DNA from: Sedimentibacter sp.
GTDB lineage: Bacteria; Bacillota; Clostridia; Tissierellales; Sedimentibacteraceae
Direction of reading: 5' to 3'
Assembly: GCA_040770765.1 (NCBI GenBank)
Contig: JAXGIL010000001.1
Location: 434,538-466,537 of the forward strand
Length of the DNA: 32,000 nucleotides
The notes below the pieces were generated by a model that saw only the letters and a program-made list of their open reading frames with translations, searched no databases and was not told the DNA's origin. This document shows positions 17,165 through 25,100 of this stretch, piece by piece. Made by a program: the position numbers and the translations under genes. Numbering within the stretch: position 1 is the first letter of the stretch; each line of letters begins with the position of its first letter.

Positions 17165-17458
17165 TTACTCCCATCTCTGGGTCTTTGGCTCTATTCTACT
17201 ATCCGCGTTGTCCCTAATAACGGACTTATCATTCTCCGCGCTCGGTTCAGCGGTATCATCGGGGACAATTTCCATAATATCGCCGATATCGCAATGGAGC
17301 GCCGTGCAGATTTTCAGCAGCACCGAATTGTTTACATTTCCATCGTTGCCGAGCTTCGCAACGGAGGTGGGGCTGATGTCGCTCATCTGACAGAGCGTCT
17401 TCTTATTTATTTCCTTATCAATCAGTAGTTTCCACAGCTTCTTGTAGGTGAATCGCAT
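17165..17458 (-). CDS. XRE/Cro-type helix-turn-helix transcriptional regulator
   Basis: KKLWKLLIDKEINKKTLCQMSDISPTSVAKLGNDGNVNNSVLLKICTALHCDIGDIMEIV is a typical HTH_26/XRE pattern. The stop lies 5 nt before the methyltransferase-remnant ATG. Confidence 0.8.
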   Translation of the reverse strand: MRFTYKKLWKLLIDKEINKKTLCQMSDISPTSVAKLGNDGNVNNSVLLKICTALHCDIGDIMEIVPDDTAEPSAENDKSVIRDNADSRIEPKTQRWE

Positions 17459-17489
17459 GGTATAACCTCATGCTTTTTTACTGCACATA

Positions 17490-17687
17490 TCAGATTACAT
17501 CATTCAGAAAACCGTAACTTCCTTCTTCACGTCCTTTGACGAATTTTGTGACGGTTGCTCCGGCTTCTTCATATTGCAGGTGTGGAATATGGTCTAGATT
17601 CTCTATTACAATCAATTGTCCCTCATCCTGATGATTGATGAAGTATTGGAAAAGTGCTGTGCGCATACTCTCCGGGGCGGAAATCAA
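17490..17687 (-). pseudogene. Possible C-terminal tail fragment of an SMC/ABC-type (DUF3732-like) ATPase
   Basis: A 65-aa TTG-initiated ORF. APESMRTALFQYFINHQDEGQLIVIENLDHIP resembles the region after the D-loop in such ATPases (..QvIVleHa..). There is no Walker A or N-terminal body. It overlaps the previous fragment in another frame. Confidence 0.3.
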
Positions 17688-17943
17688 TACTATTTTTTGT
17701 TAGTGTATATTTGAAACCACTACGATCTCTGCGCACGGTCAATAGCCCATCAACAATCATTTTCTTCAAGGCTTTTGCTATAATCTCACGTCGCACAGTA
17801 AACTCGCTGAAGCCAAAGTCGTTTTCTCCATTTAAGGCTCGGTCTGATAGATTAAATGAGCTGCTGTAAATCGTAATGAAATCGTAAGCGGCGGCGCGGT
17901 CAGCGGTCACCGCATCGTTGGATACGCCAAACAGCAGAGTCAT
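17623..17943 (-). pseudogene. Possible fragment of a winged-helix middle-component-like protein, as found in ABC-three-component systems
   Basis: DFITIYSSSFNLSDRALNGENDFGFSEFTVRREIIAKALKKMIVDGLLTVRRDRSGFKYTLTKNSIDF resembles the remembered pattern of these wHTH proteins. There is no SD before the ATG at 17943. The reading frame runs into the ATPase-tail fragment. Confidence 0.3.
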
Positions 17944-18041
17944 TCGCAGAGATATTTCAAATCCAGATTTATTACAATAGAGATATAAAAAGACTCATAG
18001 CAAGCGCCAGTAAAAGCGCTCACAATGAGCCACTTTTATGT

Positions 18042-18070
18042 ATTATACCACAGGCATTCGCAAAATTCAA
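18042..18070 (-). promoter_or_regulatory. Near-consensus extended -10 promoter driving the minus-strand island genes
   Basis: The minus strand reads TTGAAT (comp. 18065-18070), a 17-nt spacer ending in TGG, then TATAAT (comp. 18042-18047). It lies 31 nt left of the IS481 left end. Confidence 0.5.
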
Positions 18071-18100
18071 TATACTTTGGCGAACGCGAAATAATTTTGT

Positions 18101-19240
18101 TGTAGGATTACAATACATGTGTTACATTAAAACATTTTATCCTATGGATTTGTGGAAAACTCTGCGAGTTTACCACAAACCCACAGGATCTGCTACTGCT
18201 ACTACTAAAATCTAATAAATAAATAGCGAGAATTACTCTCTTTATGTTATACTTTTTTTACCACAAAAAACTAACAAAAGGAGCTTCTCGCTATGGATAG
18301 TATAACACAAGATATGAAATTTCGTCTATCATTAATTAAATATGCTGAAAAATATGGTGTAACCAGGGCCGCCATTAAGTATAAGACAAACAGGCAATAT
18401 ATTTATCGCTGGAAACGTCGTTTTGACGGCTCTATTGAGTCTTTACGCAATAAATCAAGAAGACCACATCATCATCCAAATCAGCATACCGAACAAGAAA
18501 TTAAGCTTATCAATGATATGCGTAAGCGAAACATGCACGAAGGTCTTGTTGTATTTTGGGTTAAGCTTAGGCAACGTGGCTACACGAGATCTATCCCTGG
18601 GTTGTATCGCTTCTTGAAAAAGCAACAGCTTATGGCTGTTAAGCCACCTAATCCTAAATATGTTCCTAAACCTTATGAGCAGATGTCTTATCCTGGTCAA
18701 CGCGTTCAAGTTGATGTAAAGCATGTGCCGGCTGTCTGTTTGGTCGGTGATGCTAAGGGTGAAAAGTTTTACCAGTATACCGCTATTGATGAGTTTTCTC
18801 GTTTTAGATATGTTGAGGCGTTTAATGAAGCCAGTACTTATACTTCCGCATTATTTGTAAAAAACCTTACTAAAGCTTTTAAGTTCAATATTGAATGCAT
18901 CCAGACCGATAATGGCTTTGAATTTACCAAACGCTTTAAAAGTGATAAGCCTTCATTATTTGAAAAAACTCTTTCTGAACTTGGTATTAAACATAAGCTC
19001 ATTAGACCTTTTACACCAAGACATAATGGTAAAGTTGAACGCAGTCATCGCAAGGATAACGAAAGGTTCTATGCCGTTAGATCTTTCTACTCTTTTGATG
19101 ATTTCTCTAAACAATTAAGTATATACAATAAAAGAGACTACAATAATTTTCCTATGAGACCTTTATTATGGCGCTCACCTAAACAAGTTTTAGATGATTT
19201 TTTTAGCTCCAGTGTGTAACATATGTTTGACAAACCTACA
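18101..19240 (+). mobile_element. IS481-family insertion sequence (1140 bp)
   Basis: The left end TGTAGGATTACAATACATGTGTTACA (18101-18126) matches the reverse complement of the right end, TGTAGGTTTGTCAAACATATGTTACA (19215-19240), at 20 of 26 positions. The TGT...ACA termini are typical of IS481. It holds a single DDE transposase ORF. The flanks (ataattttgt / tcaataagaa) show no direct repeat. Confidence 0.8.
18293..19219 (+). CDS. IS481-family DDE transposase (N-terminal HTH plus rve integrase core)
   Basis: 308 aa. The DDE triad context is QVDVKH, IQTDNGFEF and HNGKVERSH. The N-terminal HTH region is KYAEKYGVTRAAIKYKTNRQYIYRWKRRF. AAAGGAG lies upstream. Confidence 0.9.
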   Translation: MDSITQDMKFRLSLIKYAEKYGVTRAAIKYKTNRQYIYRWKRRFDGSIESLRNKSRRPHHHPNQHTEQEIKLINDMRKRNMHEGLVVFWVKLRQRGYTRSIPGLYRFLKKQQLMAVKPPNPKYVPKPYEQMSYPGQRVQVDVKHVPAVCLVGDAKGEKFYQYTAIDEFSRFRYVEAFNEASTYTSALFVKNLTKAFKFNIECIQTDNGFEFTKRFKSDKPSLFEKTLSELGIKHKLIRPFTPRHNGKVERSHRKDNERFYAVRSFYSFDDFSKQLSIYNKRDYNNFPMRPLLWRSPKQVLDDFFSSSV

Positions 19241-19406
19241 TCAATAAGAAAAAGCAGCCAATAATCTAAATGTTGACTGCAACGTATAGAACCTTATTTT
19301 TATATCATTCAAGTTGTAAAATCTGTCATAATTTTAAAGAAATCCATGGCGCTTAAAATCTGCATAGCAGATAATACCTACCAAACTCTTTCCCAATCAT
19401 TGCATT

Positions 19407-19553
19407 TCATTTCCTATCAGTATTGCTATTAGAAGATTGAGTATTTGTGTTTTTAGGTTTATTTAAACCACAGCAATCGAGCCTGTCGGTTCCAAAATTC
19501 TTTTCATTCTCCTTAGCTAATCTGTCTAACCAATTTTTTATGAATTTAAACAT
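19407..19553 (-). CDS. 48-aa LDCC-motif small protein (putative metal-binding)
   Basis: The ORF is below the track size cut-off, so I translated it by hand: MFKFIKNWLDRLAKENEKNFGTDRLDCCGLNKPKNTNTQSSNSNTDRK. A perfect AGGAGG lies 8 nt upstream of the ATG (comp. 19553). The LDCC motif matches a product name I recall (LDCC motif putative metal-binding protein). Confidence 0.6.
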   Translation of the reverse strand: MFKFIKNWLDRLAKENEKNFGTDRLDCCGLNKPKNTNTQSSNSNTDRK

Positions 19554-19606
19554 AAATATTACCTCCTTTTTTAGCTGTCTATATAGATATAAAGCATAAA
19601 AATGCC

Positions 19607-19627
19607 ATACCCCGGTGGGGGGTGTAT
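19607..19627. promoter_or_regulatory. GC-rich pseudo-palindrome resembling CsoR-type operators, upstream of the LDCC ORF
   Basis: ATACCCCGGTGGGGGGTGTAT sits in otherwise AT-rich DNA. It has a CCCC-GGT-GGGG inverted repeat with ATA/TAT flanks. It lies 54-74 nt upstream of the LDCC start. It resembles the TACCC-N-GGGGGTA type of copper-repressor operator (from memory). Confidence 0.3.
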
Positions 19628-19647
19628 GATGAATATTAACAATACTT

Positions 19648-19666
19648 TGTGAAGAAGTTATGAAGA
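19648..19666. promoter_or_regulatory. TGAAGA direct-repeat box (11-bp period), copy 1
   Basis: TGTGAAGAAGTTATGAAGA. The hexamers are at 19650-19655 and 19661-19666. It matches the box at 22062-22079 at 17 of 18 positions. It lies between the HK stop and the LDCC ORF. Confidence 0.4.
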
Positions 19667-19714
19667 TATATATATTCTATTATGTCATCCTGAGCACAAG
19701 CGAAGGATCTAATA

Positions 19715-21082
19715 TTAATGATGATTCAGATTAACAAATTCAACAATTACATTTGTTCCTTTTCCAACCTCGCTGTCTATTTTTATGGTACCACCGTGAG
19801 CTTCAACCAATGCCTTTGTAATTGTAAGCCCAATGCCGGTTCCTCCGGTTTGACGATTCCTTGATAAATCGCTCCTGTAAAACCTTTCAAAAATATGTTT
19901 TAAATCTTCCTTAGGGATACCAATACCCGTGTCTTTTACTGTTATTCTTATCTGATTTTTTATTTGCTCTAATGAAACACTGACAGTTCCATTTTCATTA
20001 GTATACTTAAATGCATTTGAAAGGATATTAATAAAAATTCGTTTTAAATAATCTATATCTCCCATCATATTTACATCATTTTGAATGTTTTTATTTACAG
20101 AAATATTTTTATCTGAAAACATAGGCTCATAACTGTCTACAATATCATTTAAAATTTCCGATAAATCAACAGTGCTTAATTTTAATTTTATTTCATCGCC
20201 CTCTACTATTGATAAATTGGATAATTCACTGATTAATTTAGTTAATCTTATTACCTCGCCGTGAATAACAGAAAGCCGCTCATAATCAGGCTCCCATACC
20301 CCGTCCATAAAGGCCTCGATATGGCTTTGAACGGCAGCTAAGGGTGTTCTTAACTCATGGGCTATATCCGTAGTCATCCTTCGCTTTAATGTTTCCTGAT
20401 GGTGCAACCTTTCGGCAAGCTCTTTTACAGATACGGACAATTCATGCAATTCGGATGTATTTGTTTCCACTTCATTTATATTTTTATATTTTCCTTGTTC
20501 TATCAGCTTAGCATTTTCTTGTATTCTATATATTGGATTTAAAAACTTCTTTGATAAATGAGCACTTGAACGCAATGCTATTATTAATGTCAGCAATGAA
20601 GCCGCTGCGAATATACTGTTTATGGTAATTAAAAATTTTTCATCCTCAATATTGGCTATTATGCTTTTAGGTCGTCCAATATCAATAGTTCCAACTTGTT
20701 CATCATCAATAATAAACGGATAGCTTCTAAACGAAAATTTTTCTTCATTTTTGCTGTATTCGTCTGTAATTCCTATGATTGTACCAAATGCGCTGCTGTT
20801 AAACATTATACTGCTATTCGTATCCTTAATCTGTATAACAACATCCTCGCTGAAAGCATAATGCATTAAATTCATTGAAGAATTATCATTTATTTCTTCG
20901 TATTCACTGAATACACTTTCCACATACTTAAGAACTTTTAAATCATCTCTGCTTCTTGAATCCCTTATATAGCCGGAGAAGAAAAAGTTTATGCTTATAT
21001 TAGAAGTAATTGTAATAAATGCGATTGATAATATTGAAATTGTGATAAAGTACTTCCTTAATTGCTTGCTTATTTTAACCAT
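19715..21082 (-). CDS. Sensor histidine kinase (2 TM, extracytoplasmic loop, HAMP, HisKA, HATPase_c)
   Basis: The H-box is MTTDIAHELRTPLAAVQ. The N/G boxes are ILSNAFKYT, VKDTGIGIP and GGTGIGLTITKALVEAHGG. I trimmed the start from 21112 to the ATG at 21082, which has GAAGGTG upstream and lies just after the RR stop. Confidence 0.9.
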   Translation of the reverse strand: MVKISKQLRKYFITISILSIAFITITSNISINFFFSGYIRDSRSRDDLKVLKYVESVFSEYEEINDNSSMNLMHYAFSEDVVIQIKDTNSSIMFNSSAFGTIIGITDEYSKNEEKFSFRSYPFIIDDEQVGTIDIGRPKSIIANIEDEKFLITINSIFAAASLLTLIIALRSSAHLSKKFLNPIYRIQENAKLIEQGKYKNINEVETNTSELHELSVSVKELAERLHHQETLKRRMTTDIAHELRTPLAAVQSHIEAFMDGVWEPDYERLSVIHGEVIRLTKLISELSNLSIVEGDEIKLKLSTVDLSEILNDIVDSYEPMFSDKNISVNKNIQNDVNMMGDIDYLKRIFINILSNAFKYTNENGTVSVSLEQIKNQIRITVKDTGIGIPKEDLKHIFERFYRSDLSRNRQTGGTGIGLTITKALVEAHGGTIKIDSEVGKGTNVIVEFVNLNHH

Positions 21083-21083
21083 C

Positions 21084-21767
21084 TTATACACCTTCAAACT
21101 TATATCCGACACCGTAGACAGTTACAATATATTTAGGTTCCTTTACGTTATCTTCTATTTTTTGACGCAAATTTTTTATGTGTGTATCAACAGTGCGATC
21201 AAATCCTTCAAAATCATATCCGAAAGCCAGACTGACTAAATGGCTCCTGGTAAATACTTTATGAGGATTTTGTGCTAATACTGATAATATTTTAAATTCA
21301 TTAGGTGTCAGTTTTATTGATTCGCCTGCTTTCTTGACTATATGTTTAGGTATATCAATATACAAATCTTTATCATTAAATTCTAAAACATCAGCTGCAG
21401 TGCCCTTTGTTCTTCTAAGAATTGCCCTTACCCTGCCGACTAATTCCCTTGGACTGAAAGGTTTGGTTAAATAATCATCTGCACCGATGTATAAACCGGT
21501 AACCTTATCATCTTCGCTGCTTTTAGCAGTAAGCATCAAAATAGGAACATTTGATTCCTTTCTTATAAGTTTACATATTTCCTCTCCCGAAATATCAGGA
21601 AGCATCAAATCAAGTATAATAAAGTCCGGTTCTATTTTACGAAATAATTCGATAGCTTTATTCCCGCGATTAGCCGTATAAACTTCATAGGACTCTCTTA
21701 AAAGGTAATCCTTTATTACATTTAGTAAATTTTCCTCATCATCAACAACTAAGATTTTTTCTTTCAT
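21084..21767 (-). CDS. OmpR/PhoB-family response regulator
   Basis: The receiver domain shows KILVVDDEENL, the phospho-acceptor context IILDLMLPD and LMLTAK. The winged-helix C-terminus shows LTPNEFKILSVLAQNPHKVFTRSHL and VYGVGYKF. Confidence 0.92.
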   Translation of the reverse strand: MKEKILVVDDEENLLNVIKDYLLRESYEVYTANRGNKAIELFRKIEPDFIILDLMLPDISGEEICKLIRKESNVPILMLTAKSSEDDKVTGLYIGADDYLTKPFSPRELVGRVRAILRRTKGTAADVLEFNDKDLYIDIPKHIVKKAGESIKLTPNEFKILSVLAQNPHKVFTRSHLVSLAFGYDFEGFDRTVDTHIKNLRQKIEDNVKEPKYIVTVYGVGYKFEGV

Positions 21768-22061
21768 TTTTCACCTTTAATTATCAATTATCAATGTTAA
21801 CAATACCTTAAATTTAGTATATTGCTCATATTATACTCTTTAAATCCAATATTAAAACATGTGGTTTATGAAGAAAATTAATTAATTTGTTTTTCTTCAT
21901 TATTTCTACATAATTTACTTGTATAATCTGTATAGTTTTCAAACAAAAGTGATTGTTATAATACTTGTCCCCCCTAAACAGTGAATAACAATCGAATAAT
22001 AAGACCATTAAGGTCTTATTTTTTTATGTAACTCTATATAATAACAATGATAAAGCAGGAA

Positions 22062-22080
22062 TGTGAAGAAATTATGAAGT
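22062..22080 (+). promoter_or_regulatory. TGAAGA direct-repeat box, copy 2, positioned as a -35 substitute
   Basis: TGTGAAGAAATTATGAAGT. The hexamers are at 22064-22069 and 22075-22080. A 16-nt spacer follows, then CATAAT (22097-22102). It lies about 120 nt upstream of the ATG at 22200. Confidence 0.45.
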
Positions 22081-22136
22081 TTACTTTCTCATATAACATA
22101 ATAAATGTGCAAAACTAGTCAAAGGAAAAAAGTTTT

Positions 22137-22165
22137 TTGCAATTTAAAATATTAAATGCTATAAT
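22137..22165 (+). promoter_or_regulatory. Near-consensus sigma-70 promoter for the giant ORF
   Basis: TTGCAA (22137-22142), a 17-nt spacer, then TATAAT (22160-22165). It lies 34 nt upstream of the ATG. Confidence 0.5.
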
Positions 22166-22199
22166 CCCTAAAAAGGTATGGAATGAAAGGTAGACTTCA

Positions 22200-25100
22200 A
22201 TGAATGAAATACAGCTGAATTACATAGTACAGGCAATATTAGGAGGAGCCTCCGGTTATATTACAAATGACTATGCAATTAATATGCTTTTTAAAGAATA
22301 TACTCCCTTGAAATTAGGCGGCGTTATTAAAAAAACGCGTAATGAATTTATAGAAAATTTGAGCTCACTGGTTGAAAATGACATTATAAATAAAGAAAAG
22401 CTTCTTGAAATTTTTGAAAGCCCTGAGTTTAAGTTCAAATTTGAAAAACTTACCTGTGATTTCTATGAAAACTGTCTTTATGAAACTGTGGGCAATGGCA
22501 AATTTTCGGATATTGACGGGTTTGACTCCTCATTGAAGGGTTTAGATAATTTTGTTATAGAAATTCTTAATAATAATTTGGAAAGTTTAATTGGATTAAT
22601 TGCAGATAATTTTGATGCAGAATACTTTCTGACAAATTCTCAGTTGGAAAAAATAGCAGATTCCATTTATAATTATATTAAAGATGTTATTGAAAATACT
22701 GATGCAGTTGAAAATATTTTAAAAAATATTTATGAAAACAATAAAGAATTGAATCTTTCTCATATATTTGGCTCAAATATGCAGGCGACAGATAATTTAA
22801 TAAATAAGCTTACAGAAATTGTAGCAGATAATGCTGAACATTCTGAATTATTTGCAGGATTTAATGCTGCTTTAAATGAAGCATTGAAGGTTTTTTATGA
22901 CAAGCAAATTAAAGATGTGATTAAGTTTGATAAGGAAATTATAAATTCCTTTATTTCATACATAGAAAAAAATGATATTATTCTTAAATTATGCCGCTCT
23001 TTATTTTCTTACGGGAGAAGCATAGACAAAAGCTTGTATTCCATAATAGACCCTGCCTTTGAAAGCAATCTTAAAGCATATATCGAAAATAATCTTCCCT
23101 TTGTAACTGAAAAATTAGTCAGCTACGTTCAAAAAAACAGTATTCTTATTGACAGGATTATAGAAGATACTTTAGACGAAGTAGTTAGTGAGTCGGAAGG
23201 CTTTAGAAAAAGAATGCTGCATGTGATTAAAAACACCTATTTTAATAATTTAAGCAAAAAATACAGCATTGTTGACAAAATTATTTCATATATAAGGCAG
23301 TTTACAGAGCCTGAAAAGTTGAGCATAGATATAAGCAAAAATATAATTGAGCGTTTGGATAATATAACCGTAAGCGACATTATCTCAGAAACAGAAAACA
23401 ACTTTAACCTTTATAAGGTTTATGAAATTGTTGCAGGCTTTTTAAACAAAAATGCCATGGCTATTTATGAAAATATTGAGAATTATATTTCAAAACTTCG
23501 AATAAAAGATATTTTTCCACCGATTGATTTGAATGCAGGTAAAATTTTATCTTCAGAACAGGCACAAAAATATATAAAAAATAAATCACAAAACTATGTT
23601 AAAGCTGTGTTATCCAAGCAAATAAATGAATTGCTTGAAAATAATTCAGATATATTTATTAAAAGTACAGCTGATTATTTAAAAGTAAAATTTATTGATA
23701 ACGAAATTTCAATTAAGAACTTTCTATCCAAAAAAATAAAGGATTTTAAAATAGACAATAATTATTTAAAAAGCAAGGAGCTTACAAATTTTATCCGTTT
23801 AGAATTATATGATAAATATAAGGAAGAAGCCTCTAAATTGAAAGATTTTGATTTATCTTTAGCTTTGGATAAATTAAATTCTATAGAAAATATATCAAAA
23901 AACAGCTCGGAAACCTTTCGCAAATACATAATAAGCAATACGGATATCATTTTAAAGGGCTCTATAAAGGGTGTTGTGACAGATAATTTAAATAAGCTGA
24001 GTGATGATGAGCTTGTTAAATTTGCCAATGATTTTGTAGGTCGGGAGTTAAAACCCATAATGTTTTTTGGCGGCGTATTGGGAGTTATTGCAGGCTTAAT
24101 TTTGGCTGCATTTCAGAATTCACCCCTTGACCCTGCAAATGTGAATATAGCCAACATGGCAACCTATGCTTTTGTAGGTTTTATTACAAATGTAATAGCA
24201 ATAAATATGATATTCAAGCCCTACAGAGAAATTAAGCCTTTGTCTAAAATTCCTTTTTTCCGCAATTTCTCGCTAGGCTATATAATTAAAAACCAGAAAA
24301 ACTTTGCAAAGAGTACTGCCCATTATATTGACACAAACCTATTAAGCAAAAAAAGCATAAATGAATTGTTTGAAAAGCATAAGGACAGCATTAAACAAAG
24401 CTTTATAAAAAACATTGCCGAAAATGACTATTCAACACTAAGCAGCCTGCTTGTTAAAAATAGAGAAAGTACGATAAGGGGAACATATAATTTTATTAAA
24501 AACAATATTTTAAAAAAAATAATTGTATTCAGCGACTATTTGTATGGAAGAATTTCTAAAACTTCTCTTTCAACGGTGCTTACCGGCAAGAATATTAACA
24601 GTATAAGCAATTTTGCATGTGAATGTTTAAAGACAAATAATATAAAAAGCAGAATTTTTTCAGTTATAGGTTCGGATAATAAATTAAACAAATTTTTTTC
24701 AATCGGTTTTTTAGTTAAACTTCAAAATAATAAATTTGCGAAATTGTATGGTAAATCAATTAATTATTTGAAACCTGATACAATTAAAAATAAAATTTTA
24801 CAGTATAACTATAAGTATAAGTTGCATACGAAAAGAAAAATTGAAGAAGTATTCAGTATAAATGAAGTATCAAGATTTTCCGGAAAGGTTAATAAAGCTG
24901 TTCTTTCTGAAGGTTTTAAGAATAATGTTACTCTGGCTGCCGTCAGTTTATTTAATAAATTATTTGACAGGAATAAAACCTTTGGAGATTTATTTGACGG
25001 CAGATTAAAAATATATATAGATAAAAATCTGCCTCGAATTCTTAAAAATATAACACAAAAAATAAAAAATAGTCTTTCAGAAAGCAAAAAATTTGTTTCA

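Noticed and set aside
17165-17458. XRE gene as the antitoxin of a toxin-antitoxin pair
   Set aside because: There is no plausible intact toxin ORF adjacent to it. Its downstream partner is the methylase stump, which fits an R-M controller-type arrangement better.
21083-21112. Histidine kinase start at 21112, overlapping the regulator gene by 29 nt
   Set aside because: The ATG at 21082 has GAAGGTG upstream and lies immediately after the regulator stop, which gives the usual coupled arrangement. The longer form adds only 10 residues.
21826-22008. 60-aa minus-strand ORF in the divergent promoter region
   Set aside because: It lies in an AT-rich intergenic region and has no SD. Its ATGAAGAAAAAC start is better explained as one arm of the TGAAGA inverted repeat.
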